64,000 bases of DNA from a virus: IMG/VR virus record IMGVR_UViG_3300046804_004438, positions 1 to 64,000 of that record; one strand, given 5' to 3'. Under the pieces are notes generated by a model that had not been told where the DNA came from, searched no databases, and saw nothing but the letters and a program-made list of their open reading frames with translations. Shown in pieces: positions 13,001 through 21,758 of this stretch (positions are counted from its first letter, which is position 1; every line of letters starts with the position of its first letter). The position numbers and the translations under genes were made by a program.

Positions 13001-16000
13001 AACACCTATTGATGCAGTACCACCAACCTCACTTGAAGTTGTGAAACCTTCAGTAGTAGGGGTGGATTTTTCACCACCTACAAATATTACTGAACTATCA
13101 GCATCAACATCCAATATTGCATAGGATGAACCATACGTTCCTCTACTACCAATGTAACCTGTATCACCTCTTGAACCACTAAATCCACGTGATCCAGTAT
13201 AAGCTGCAGAACCAGTATATCCTAGATTACCTTGTGATCCAACAAAACCAGTATCGCCTTGAGATCCTGTATAACCAAAACCTCTTGATCCAGTATAACC
13301 TTTGTCACCTAAATCACCTTTAGAACCTACATAACCAGCACCAGTAGAACCAGTATAACCTAACGATCCTGCTGAACCTATAAAACCTGTATCACCTCGA
13401 GAACCAGAATAACCAATATCACCTTGTGGACCAATGGAACCAGTATAACCTATTTCACCAATAGACCCATCATAGCCTGCACCAGTAGAACCAGTGAAAC
13501 CAATTGAACCTGTGTCACCTTGAGAGCCTGTATATCCAGTACCACCTATTGATCCTGTAAAGCCAATAGAAGTTAATACACCCCAATATTCTGGATATGA
13601 GACAGGATTGTATCCTACATTTCCACCTGTTAGTGAAATATAAGATGAACCATTGTAGTAAACTACTTCTCTGTTTCCATAGGTAATTGCTACATTCCAA
13701 TCACCCATATACTCCACACCAGCACTTCCAGTATAACCTGTGTTACCTAGAGAACCAGTATAACCAGTACCAGTAGATCCTGTATAACCTGCACCAGCAG
13801 AACCAGTATAACCTAAGCTACCTTGCGATCCTACATAGCCTGGATCACCTATGTCACCTACACGTGTAAGAGTTATAGTAGATACTGTTGTATCAATTAA
13901 ATTGGAAAAATTATTACCAGAAGTAAATCCAACTGGTACACTAATCCAAGCTGTGTTTTCTGTAAGGTTGTTTATTATCGCAAAGGTTGCAAAGATATCT
14001 GCATTGGTTGAGGAACCAATGCGCATGAAGCCTTTAATACCAGAAGATGATGTATCAATAATTAAGAATGAATTGAAAGAATAAGAATAATCAAGAGCGA
14101 GCTTATTGATATACAATGTACCAATGTTAGCAGAATTTGCTACACCAGTATCAAATCTAAACGTACCAATACCAGGATTATCTGCAGTAGTATTAGCATC
14201 AAAACTATAGAGATAGTTTATACCACCAAAGTTACCTTGAACACCTTGTGGACCTCTAGATCCAACAAAACCAGTAGAACCTGTATAACCAGAACCACCG
14301 ATAGATCCAGTATAACCTAATATACCTTGATCACCTTGAGATCCAGTATATCCAGCACCAACAGAACCAGTGAAACCTAATGGACCACTTTGACCTCTAG
14401 AACCTACATAACCAGCACCTGTGGAACCAGTGTAACCTAGATCACCCTGTGAACCTACATAACCAGTAGCACCCCTAGATCCATCGTAACCAGCACCAGT
14501 AGAACCTGTATAACCAAGATCACCTTGAGATCCAACATATCCTTCTGAACCTGTATAACCTGCTCCTGTAGAACCAGTGTAACCAATATCACCTTGAGAT
14601 CCAACATATCCTACATCACCTTGAGATCCCACATAACCTGCACCAGTAGATCCAGTAAAACCTAATGAACCTGTGTATCCTGATGAACCAACATAACCAG
14701 CACCAGTAGATCCAGTAAATCCAAATAGACCTGTAGGACCTCTACTACCTGTAAAACCAGTACTACCTTGTGATCCAACATAACCTGCACCAGTAGATCC
14801 TGTAAAACCAATGGAACCAGTATATCCTATTGATCCTATTAGACCTTGAGAACCAACATAACCTGCACCAGTAGAACCTGTATACCCTAATGATCCACTA
14901 TATCCAGTAATACCTTGTGATCCTACATATCCAGCACCAGTAGAACCTGTATAACCAAGACTTCCTGAAAAACCTAATGAACCTGAGTAGCCTACATAAC
15001 CTCTTGATCCGGAATAACCTATAGGTCCAACACCACCAACAGAACCTGTGAAACCAGAAGTACCTTGTGAACCAGCAAAACCAATTCCTATTGATCCTGT
15101 GAAACCTTTGCTACCACTATAACCCAAACCTCCAGAAGATCCAGCTGAACCTACATATCCTGTATCACCTTTATCACCTTTAGAACCTACATAACCTATG
15201 TTACCTTGTGATCCAACAAAACCAGCTCCAGTAGATCCTACATAACCTGTATCACCCTTTGATCCAGTATAACCAGTATCTCCCATATCGCCCATTTTGG
15301 ACAATGTGAGTTCTATTACTAGATTGTTAGAGAAGTTAGATGTTGAACCTGATGTATATAAAATAGGTAGAGTAAAATAATTACCATCAAAACTACTTAC
15401 ACCAGTAATGCTAAACAATGTCTGGTTGAGAGTGTTTGCTTTTTCTGCAATTACAAAGTGACCTTTGATACCAGAAGTAGATGCATCTATAGCATGAATG
15501 AAATAATATATTGATCCAAAATAAGCATCATTTTCATTAATATACAATGAAGTTGCTGAACTAATCGCTGTATTATTAATTTTTAACTTACCAGCTCCTG
15601 GATCATTATTTGCAGTATCTGTTAAGTATGTGTAGTCAAACGTTGATCCACCAAAATTACCAGCTGCACCTGCTGCACCCGTAGAACCTACATAACCTCT
15701 AGATCCATCATAACCAACATCACCCTTTGATCCTGTAAAACCTTGTGAACCTTCATAACCAGTGGCACCACGTGAACCCTGATACCCTTCTGATCCTTTG
15801 AAACCTACAGACCCTTGATACCCAGTAAGTCCAGTTACAAGACCAAAATATCTAACTTCAATGTAAGCATTGTTAGCTGGAGGTGTTGTGTAGACAAGCA
15901 AGTCATAGTCTACAATATAATCTACCTCAGGAGTTTCAATAAGGCCATTTGTGAATACTAAAATGTGTGCTGCATTGTTAGTAGGATCAGACAATGTAAA

Positions 16001-16903
16001 CTGTGTATTACTTCCATTACCTGTATAAGTTGAAATCTTATAAGGCATACCAGTAAGACCAATAGATCCGGTATGACCAATTGATCCCACAAAACCAGTA
16101 GATCCATTATAACCACGTGAGCCAGCATAGCCCATAGATCCACCATAGCCCGATGAACCCACCGAACCTGTGTAACCTACAGAACCCTGATACCCCTCTG
16201 ATCCTCTGTAACCAGTGGCACCAAGTGACCCTCTGTAACCTTCTGATCCTTGATAGCCAACATCACCCTGTATAATATCAAAATATCTAACTTCTATTGT
16301 TGCATTTAATAAAGGAGCTGATGTATAATTTAAAGTAGTTCCTGAAACAGTATAGTCTACACCAGGTGTCTCAATAAGACCATTTGTAAACACCATAATG
16401 TGATTTGGATCTGCCACTGGATCCAACATAGTAAATTGAGTGTTGCTACCATTACCAGTATACGTAGAAGTTTTTGATGGCTTGCCAGCACCAGTTGATC
16501 CAGTATAGCCTGCACCACCAGATGAACCAGCAGGACCTGCAGAACCAGTATATCCGGTTGAACCACCAGGAGGACCTGCTATACCTTGGTCACCCTGTTG
16601 ACCCTTAGAACCAGTATAACCAGTTGAACCTATCGCTCCTGATGATCCTCTATAACCCTCTGATCCTTGATAGCCAGCATTGTCAGTCTCAATGAAACGG
16701 ATTTCAATATCTGCTAAATTGTATGGTGTTACAGCAAGATTTAATGTGTTGCTATTAGATATGGTATAGTCAGTGCCTGGTACTTGTGTTAACCCGTTAA
16801 TAATTACCAGGATATCATTTGCCGCATTTACGTTCCTAGAAAGCGAGAATGTATTGGCAGTACCGTTGGCTGATACTTGTTGACTATAAAAAATAAGAGA
16901 CAT
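10085..16903 (-). CDS. Giant collagen-like tail fibre protein with four globular repeats, a CBM5/12-like module and a reelin/Asp-box-like domain
   Basis: 2272 aa; extensive G(Y/F)(T/V)GS(x)G repeats; modules shared with 3536..7510. Confidence 0.85.
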   Translation of the reverse strand: MSLIFYSQQVSANGTANTFSLSRNVNAANDILVIINGLTQVPGTDYTISNSNTLNLAVTPYNLADIEIRFIETDNAGYQGSEGYRGSSGAIGSTGYTGSKGQQGDQGIAGPPGGSTGYTGSAGPAGSSGGAGYTGSTGAGKPSKTSTYTGNGSNTQFTMLDPVADPNHIMVFTNGLIETPGVDYTVSGTTLNYTSAPLLNATIEVRYFDIIQGDVGYQGSEGYRGSLGATGYRGSEGYQGSVGYTGSVGSSGYGGSMGYAGSRGYNGSTGFVGSIGHTGSIGLTGMPYKISTYTGNGSNTQFTLSDPTNNAAHILVFTNGLIETPEVDYIVDYDLLVYTTPPANNAYIEVRYFGLVTGLTGYQGSVGFKGSEGYQGSRGATGYEGSQGFTGSKGDVGYDGSRGYVGSTGAAGAAGNFGGSTFDYTYLTDTANNDPGAGKLKINNTAISSATSLYINENDAYFGSIYYFIHAIDASTSGIKGHFVIAEKANTLNQTLFSITGVSSFDGNYFTLPILYTSGSTSNFSNNLVIELTLSKMGDMGDTGYTGSKGDTGYVGSTGAGFVGSQGNIGYVGSKGDKGDTGYVGSAGSSGGLGYSGSKGFTGSIGIGFAGSQGTSGFTGSVGGVGPIGYSGSRGYVGYSGSLGFSGSLGYTGSTGAGYVGSQGITGYSGSLGYTGSTGAGYVGSQGLIGSIGYTGSIGFTGSTGAGYVGSQGSTGFTGSRGPTGLFGFTGSTGAGYVGSSGYTGSLGFTGSTGAGYVGSQGDVGYVGSQGDIGYTGSTGAGYTGSEGYVGSQGDLGYTGSTGAGYDGSRGATGYVGSQGDLGYTGSTGAGYVGSRGQSGPLGFTGSVGAGYTGSQGDQGILGYTGSIGGSGYTGSTGFVGSRGPQGVQGNFGGINYLYSFDANTTADNPGIGTFRFDTGVANSANIGTLYINKLALDYSYSFNSFLIIDTSSSGIKGFMRIGSSTNADIFATFAIINNLTENTAWISVPVGFTSGNNFSNLIDTTVSTITLTRVGDIGDPGYVGSQGSLGYTGSAGAGYTGSTGTGYTGSLGNTGYTGSAGVEYMGDWNVAITYGNREVVYYNGSSYISLTGGNVGYNPVSYPEYWGVLTSIGFTGSIGGTGYTGSQGDTGSIGFTGSTGAGYDGSIGEIGYTGSIGPQGDIGYSGSRGDTGFIGSAGSLGYTGSTGAGYVGSKGDLGDKGYTGSRGFGYTGSQGDTGFVGSQGNLGYTGSAAYTGSRGFSGSRGDTGYIGSRGTYGSSYAILDVDADSSVIFVGGEKSTPTTEGFTTSSEVGGTASIGVFNSGSGTRTCTNQYRTYLYGVSKCSFYVYQSSAQPPEEDLLIEYSKDGGSTWSTMHTVSYTGIANDTWVEREFTVPSDAKYPGGVYIRIVQNSADGNGVDIWAFTSLMAGLTGYTGSTGAGFVGSQGVTGYDGSQGIQGDVGFTGSTGAGFVGSQGIQGDTGFVGSQGDLGYTGSQGIQGTFGGAAFDYYFSTNTTNSDPGNGYLRFSNTDLTQATYFYINENDSAFTSLYSYLQTIDDSTSAIKGHFTITEKANTENYTMFAIVGYHTHGTNYFEVPISFLSGANNFIDDLEVITTFARTGDKGDTGYVGSQGDLGYTGSKGGNANVYVDEAAPVGYQGELWLDSNTGILSIYYEPEDVWLGITAGGPPGEMGYTGSQGVTGYTGSLGVQGDIGFTGSQGGTGYDGSRGDLGFTGSQGNQGNIGFSGSQGDTGFVGSQGIQGNLGYTGSEGNIGFTGSRGIQGNVGYAGSTGSQGVDGFTGSQGGTGFIGSQGNQGNIGFTGSQGGTGYTGSTGSQGAIGFDGSIGATGYTGSAGYTGSIGSQGASGYTGSIGDQGTSGFTGSKGDIGFVGSKGPTGDFGGAAFNYMFSTNTTHSTTPDGYFNFNNTSFTSVSTLFIDYIDNLGANSYSFLQTIDDSTSAIKGNFSIRDVANSLNYAMFAIIGTHSEDVDHFDVPVSYLSGVTSFANGTNTIITFARTGNIGDTGYTGSKGDTGSQGTIGFTGSTGAGYVGSQGTEGYTGSKGDTGSLGYTGSMGDVGSTGFTGSLGSQGTIGFTGSQGGTGYVGSQGSQGNIGFSGSQGGTGYTGSNGVDKLYTVSNIAPINPSSGDRWFNTDFGNEFVYINDGDSSQWVQFTVSDFAGAVGYTGSSGSPNILNISTQSSSYVIANSDNGKFLSTSANVTINSDIVTTGFNTTIFNNSSSNVNIISNTGTTLYWSSTGNSGDRILTPKGIATLICYSGSNTFVISGDLN

Positions 16904-16906
16904 CTA

Positions 16907-16935
16907 TTGCCTTAATATAAGATTTGCTATATATT
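16907..16935 (+). promoter_or_regulatory. sigma70-like promoter for the glycosyltransferase
   Basis: TTGCCT-N17-TATATT, ~43 nt upstream of ATG 16978. Confidence 0.55.
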
Positions 16936-16950
16936 ACAGAGAATCTGAAT

Positions 16951-16957
16951 TATTTAT
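16951..16957 (-). promoter_or_regulatory. T4-type late promoter core (ATAAATA) for the collagen-fibre operon
   Basis: cATAAATA on minus strand ~48 nt upstream of ATG 16903. Confidence 0.55.
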
Positions 16958-16977
16958 GTTTTTGTTATGAGGTTGTT

Positions 16978-19782
16978 ATGCCATTACCCAGTATTGCTAT
17001 CCTTGATTTGATAGGTCTTGTTTATGATGGAAATACACTAAAAAATAGAGGTTTGGGTGGATCAGAATCTGCTGTGATTCTTATTTCACGAGAATTATCC
17101 AAACTTGGATTTCCAATAACAGTATTCAATTCTTGTGGTGAAGATGATAGTACACCAGGTGTATATGATGGTGTAAATTATAGGCATATTAACACAATTA
17201 CGCCAGCTGATAAGTTTGATATTGTAATATCATCTAGAACTGTCGTTCCTTTTGTTCCTGAACACTACTATCACGGATTCAATCAAGCAACTAGATTTCC
17301 CTGCAAAATTTTTGAAAACATCAGAAAAAATGCAAAGATGAAAGTATTGTGGATGCATGATACTTTTTGTAATGGGGATAATATTCTTGAGGAACTAGCT
17401 GTTCAAGGATATATTGATAAAATCTTTACATTATCCGATTTTCATCTTTCTTATGTTGCAAACTGTCATCATGGCAGACGTCGCAATTTTGAAGTATTAA
17501 AAAATAAGATGTTTATTACACGTAATGGTGTAGTTAACTATTTTGACGAGGTAGATATCTCTGCAAAAGATAGAAACCTATTTGTATACAATGCATCAGT
17601 TACTAAGGGAATGCTACCGCTAATTGATAAAATCTGGCCAAAGATCAAACATTACATTCCTAATGGTAAACTAAAAATTGTTGGTGGATATTATAAATTT
17701 AGAGATGACTCACCTTTAGATGCTCAGGGTGAGACTCTGATGAAGCTGAAAGAAGAGCAAAGATATAAAGATCTTGGGATTGAATTTACAGGTATCATTA
17801 CTCAGAAGCAGATTGCAGAACTTCTTGCAAAAGCTAACTTCTTTTTATTTCCAGGAGCATTTCCTGAGACATTTGGTATTTCAACTTTAGAATCTCTTAC
17901 ATACAACACGCCACTTATTGCAACTCGGTTTGGTGCATTGGAAGAGACTGCAGTAGAGATGGCAAACTATTTCATTGATTATGCTATTGAACCTAATAGT
18001 TTGTTTACAGAAATCAATACAGACGAGCAGATTAATCTGTTTGTTAATAGAGTAGTAAGAGCATATAATGATCCTTACCTTCATCAACAGAAGCAATATT
18101 ATTGCAATGTAATTAAGGATGTCAATACATGGGATACAGTTGCTTTACAATGGAAGCAGCTATTTCTTAAACAATTTAACCAATATATGCCTGTCAATGA
18201 ATATCGTCAGGTATCATATATTAATGATAAGATCCATAGAGTATTTGGTCGTAGATATAGTAATAAAGAAGAATGGAACACTTATAAAGGAGGTTATGAA
18301 GAGCATATTGCTATCGTCACCCCTTTCTATAATGCAGAAAATTATATTCTAAACTGTATAGATTCTGTTGCAACTCAGGACTATGACAACTACCATATGT
18401 ACCTGATTGATGATGCAAGTACAGATAACAGCCGTCAGATAGTCAAGGATTATATTGAAAGTCTGCCTCTCCATATGCAGAGCAGATTTATTCTCGTCAC
18501 AAACAATGATAATCGTGGTGCAGTTTATAATCAAATAAACACTATCAGAAATTATGTTTTAGATGATGATAGTCTGGTGATGCTGCTTGATGGCGATGAT
18601 TCATTGAGAGCAGATAACAACATCTTCAATTTCTATAATCATTTGTTTAGTGAAAACAAGACTGAATATGCATACGGAAGTTGCTGGTCTCTTGCAGATA
18701 ATATTCCTCTAATTGCTCAGCCGTATCCTTCATCAGTTAAGAAGACACGATCATACCGCGATCATAAGTTTAACTGGGGTATGCCGTATCCTCACCTAAG
18801 AGTATTCAAGAAGAAACTTACAAACAATCTTCAAGATGAGTTGTTTAAGGATGAGTTTGGTAACTGGTATAAGGCTGGTGGTGATAATTCTACATTCTAC
18901 AATATCATTGAGCAGGCTGATCCAAACAAAGTAACAGCTGTTCAGGAGATCTTCTATAACTATAATGATCTTAATCCATTGAACGATTATAAGGTTCACG
19001 GTGAACTGCAAAATAAGAATGCTTCTAAGATAACAAACAAAAAGTCTAACATTCCAGATTTTATGAATGGTGTAGAAGAATCAAGAAGCGTGGTTACTCA
19101 AGAGGTAGGATCAGAAACATCTAACCTTGAAAATTTTATGGTTGAAACAATAACAAAAGAAGTGGCAGTAAAAAACATTATGAAAAAGAAAATCCTTATT
19201 GCAATTCCTACAGCAAAGAATATTGAAGCAGCAACATTTAAATCAATCTATGATCTAATCATCCCTGATGGATTTGAAGCTTCGTTCCAATACTTCTATG
19301 GATACAATGTAGATCAGGTAAGAAATCTGATTGCAGATTGGATTGTCAAGGGAACATATGATTATTTGTTTGCTGTCGACTATGATATTGCGTTTCCATC
19401 TGATACTCTTGTTCGTCTTCTTAATCACGATAAGGATATGGTGTCAGCAATCTATAGACAGCGTGTTCCCGATAAACAGACACTTGAAATCTTTGAAAAG
19501 AATGATAGAGGCGGATTCTCTCACATTCCGTACGAGAACCTTCGCAATGCAGGTCTGATTGAAGTTGGTGCATGTGGATTTGGTTGTGTTCTTATCAAGA
19601 AGAAAGTAATGGTAGATATTGGATATCCACAGTTCCAATATCGCTCTGCATTAAATCATAATGATACATTCTCAGAAGATCTTGATTTCTGCAGAAAGGC
19701 ATCATTAAAAGGATTTAAGATTTATGCAGATACTGATCTGCTTTGCGATCACATTGGATCGTATGTATTTAAGGTAAGTTAG
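16978..19782 (+). CDS. Three-domain glycosyltransferase (GT-B/GT4-like + two GT-A/GT2-like domains)
   Basis: GLGGSE..V, FPETFGISTLES (GT4 E-x7-E), IVTPFYNAE..I..CI.SV..Q, IDDASTD, LDGDD (GT2), ILIAIPT...DYLFAVDYD...GFGCVLIK...SED..FC (second GT-A). Start moved from 16924 to ATG 16978, which has a GAGG RBS. Confidence 0.9.
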   Translation: MPLPSIAILDLIGLVYDGNTLKNRGLGGSESAVILISRELSKLGFPITVFNSCGEDDSTPGVYDGVNYRHINTITPADKFDIVISSRTVVPFVPEHYYHGFNQATRFPCKIFENIRKNAKMKVLWMHDTFCNGDNILEELAVQGYIDKIFTLSDFHLSYVANCHHGRRRNFEVLKNKMFITRNGVVNYFDEVDISAKDRNLFVYNASVTKGMLPLIDKIWPKIKHYIPNGKLKIVGGYYKFRDDSPLDAQGETLMKLKEEQRYKDLGIEFTGIITQKQIAELLAKANFFLFPGAFPETFGISTLESLTYNTPLIATRFGALEETAVEMANYFIDYAIEPNSLFTEINTDEQINLFVNRVVRAYNDPYLHQQKQYYCNVIKDVNTWDTVALQWKQLFLKQFNQYMPVNEYRQVSYINDKIHRVFGRRYSNKEEWNTYKGGYEEHIAIVTPFYNAENYILNCIDSVATQDYDNYHMYLIDDASTDNSRQIVKDYIESLPLHMQSRFILVTNNDNRGAVYNQINTIRNYVLDDDSLVMLLDGDDSLRADNNIFNFYNHLFSENKTEYAYGSCWSLADNIPLIAQPYPSSVKKTRSYRDHKFNWGMPYPHLRVFKKKLTNNLQDELFKDEFGNWYKAGGDNSTFYNIIEQADPNKVTAVQEIFYNYNDLNPLNDYKVHGELQNKNASKITNKKSNIPDFMNGVEESRSVVTQEVGSETSNLENFMVETITKEVAVKNIMKKKILIAIPTAKNIEAATFKSIYDLIIPDGFEASFQYFYGYNVDQVRNLIADWIVKGTYDYLFAVDYDIAFPSDTLVRLLNHDKDMVSAIYRQRVPDKQTLEIFEKNDRGGFSHIPYENLRNAGLIEVGACGFGCVLIKKKVMVDIGYPQFQYRSALNHNDTFSEDLDFCRKASLKGFKIYADTDLLCDHIGSYVFKVS

Positions 19783-19982
19783 AAGAAACTTACAGGTGGT
19801 GCAACATTAGGAACAGTAGGCGTTCCTCCAACAACATCAGAACCCTTTTGCTTAAGTTGCGAAAGGGTTTCTATTGTATTACCAATCTTCTTTACAATTA
19901 TTTTAGTTTCTACTGGTGCAGATCTTGCAACCGTAATTATATGATCACCGTAGTTTCTGACAACAATCTTACCATCACGCAT
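19779..19982 (-). CDS. Hypothetical protein
   Basis: 67-aa ORF coupled to the upstream gene (stop/start overlap at 19982). Confidence 0.5.
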   Translation of the reverse strand: MRDGKIVVRNYGDHIITVARSAPVETKIIVKKIGNTIETLSQLKQKGSDVVGGTPTVPNVAPPVSFF

Positions 19983-20308
19983 TAGCGAGTAACCTGAGGA
20001 TTGACTGTAACAATACCCTCTAGAATTCTAGAAGTTGTATTATTTGCAGTAAGTTCTAGATCATATACATATCTGCTGTTTGTTAGATTAGCGGTAACAG
20101 CAGCATTCATCGTCAATGATATTAAACCATTGGTATTTCCTACTGCAACATTCATTGTAGAGTATGTTGTAGACGTGAATGTTTTTCTTAGCTGGGAATT
20201 TGCAGAGTATCCAGTAACATCAAATGGATCACCATTCTGATCTATAAGATATACATTGTAAATAAAGTCTGCACCCTGATCAACAATAAGATTAGTTTTA
20301 ATTGCCAT
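19982..20308 (-). CDS. Conserved T4-like virion structural protein
   Basis: NL.VDQGADF......D..G...D.TGY.A.SQLRK...RYVYD.E......RILEG.VTV.P.VTR, typical of cyanophage-like T4 relatives. Confidence 0.8.
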   Translation of the reverse strand: MAIKTNLIVDQGADFIYNVYLIDQNGDPFDVTGYSANSQLRKTFTSTTYSTMNVAVGNTNGLISLTMNAAVTANLTNSRYVYDLELTANNTTSRILEGIVTVNPQVTR

Positions 20309-21758
20309 TTTTAAGACTATCTACTTCTGCTTTGAGTTCTTTGATTGCTTCAATAAGAAGAGCAATAATCTTTTCATACTTGACAGCCTTATAGCCATCA
20401 GATCTCTGCATAACTACTTCTGGCATCACTGCTTCGATCTCCTGAGCAATTACACCAACATCATGCTTTCTCATAAATGTTCCATCAAATCCACCATGTT
20501 GCGATATATAAGCATCAGTCCAATCAAACTCAACACCGTTGATTGTTTGTAACTTATTCAAAGCATTAGCAATGTTAGTTACATTTTCTTTTAGTCTTTG
20601 ATCAGATGAATAGTAAGCAGTGATGTTACCTGCTGCTCTTATATCACCAGCAACACCTGCAGGAGAAGTACCTACACCAATGCTTCTTGCAGTTATGTCT
20701 CTGATAGTAAAGTCTGTGCTACCATTTCCAGTGAAAGGTGCAGTGAAGCTTAGATTGCCAGAACCATCGGTAATCAACATATTACCGTTACTACCATCAG
20801 CAGTAGGTAAGGTAAATGTAGCACTTCCAGCAGCAGCTGCTGCTTTTAGTTTAGTATATCCACTAGTAGAACCATTAAACTGAACAAAGTCATTTGTGTT
20901 GATACCAGCAAGAGCATTAATTGGTCCATTAGATATCAAAGTATTAGCGGATTTCAATCCAGTAGTAAAATAATTATTTGATCCATTGAATACTGTATTT
21001 GAATTAAACGTTACAGTACCACCATAGAATGTTACATTACCGTTAGCTAAAAATCCATTTTGGAAATAATTGTTAGCACCATAAAAGAATACATTACCAC
21101 TAAACTCAGTGTTAGATGATGCACCGACAATAGATATTTTCTTTGTATAGATGTTATCTATGTAAAGATCCGTTGATGTCATATAGCTGTTTACTACAAG
21201 ACTTCCAGTAGGATTAGCGTAAATTCCTATACCATCTCTAGAAATATAAACATTAGCTTCTATGTCACCAGTAATGTTGGTATTAGATACTGCAATATAT
21301 TGAGTATTGGTATAATCAGTTACAACATTGGTTGATGATACAATAGAATTACCTAGTGTAATAGTATCAGTTAAAACAAGTAAATTAGCACTCAAAGTTG
21401 AACCGCTAATAGTTGTATTTCCTATTGTAATGAAAGATTTTGTATATTGAGTTAGACCATCTATTACCATACCGGTAGATGATATCACATTATTAGTAGA
21501 TGATGATGTCTTTATAATTAGAGATGTTGGAGATAATGTAGAATTTGATGATCCTTGACCAGCATACAAAAATCCAGCATTTGAAGAAGATACAGAATTA
21601 GCATTTAAATCACCAGTAATGATAGCGCTACCAACCGTTCCATTAGAACTGGTTGAAACCACTACGTTTGACATAGCTTCAATTAAATAGTTGGTTTTAT
21701 CAACCCACTGGCCAAATGTATCATTAGTCAAATCTACATTAGCAACGTATACAGTCAT
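20298..21758 (-). CDS. Tail fibre with C-terminal intramolecular chaperone (peptidase S74)
   Basis: N-terminal TNDTF.QW..KTN motif; SSDQRLKENV..I.NAL.KL..I.GV.FDW...GVIAQE...V.YEKIIALLIEAIKEL. Confidence 0.9.
   Translation of the reverse strand: MTVYVANVDLTNDTFGQWVDKTNYLIEAMSNVVVSTSSNGTVGSAIITGDLNANSVSSSNAGFLYAGQGSSNSTLSPTSLIIKTSSSTNNVISSTGMVIDGLTQYTKSFITIGNTTISGSTLSANLLVLTDTITLGNSIVSSTNVVTDYTNTQYIAVSNTNITGDIEANVYISRDGIGIYANPTGSLVVNSYMTSTDLYIDNIYTKKISIVGASSNTEFSGNVFFYGANNYFQNGFLANGNVTFYGGTVTFNSNTVFNGSNNYFTTGLKSANTLISNGPINALAGINTNDFVQFNGSTSGYTKLKAAAAAGSATFTLPTADGSNGNMLITDGSGNLSFTAPFTGNGSTDFTIRDITARSIGVGTSPAGVAGDIRAAGNITAYYSSDQRLKENVTNIANALNKLQTINGVEFDWTDAYISQHGGFDGTFMRKHDVGVIAQEIEAVMPEVVMQRSDGYKAVKYEKIIALLIEAIKELKAEVDSLKNGN

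Larger units (their letters stand above)
4020..16680 (-). repeat. Dispersed collagen-coding repeat arrays (G-Y/F-T/V-G-S-x-G-x-x, ~27-nt unit) plus seven copies of a ~360-nt domain
   Basis: Recurrent plus-strand words such as gatccagtataacc and gaacctgtataacc; domain copies at ~4625-4985, 5480-5840, 6340-6700, 10900-11262, 12095-12457, 13855-14230, 15290-15655. Confidence 0.9.

Noticed and set aside
4020-16680. Periodic short repeats as a possible CRISPR array or DGR template/variable repeats
   Set aside because: Repeats are in-frame collagen codons varying at wobble positions; there are no unique spacers, no reverse transcriptase and no adenine-specific mismatch pattern.
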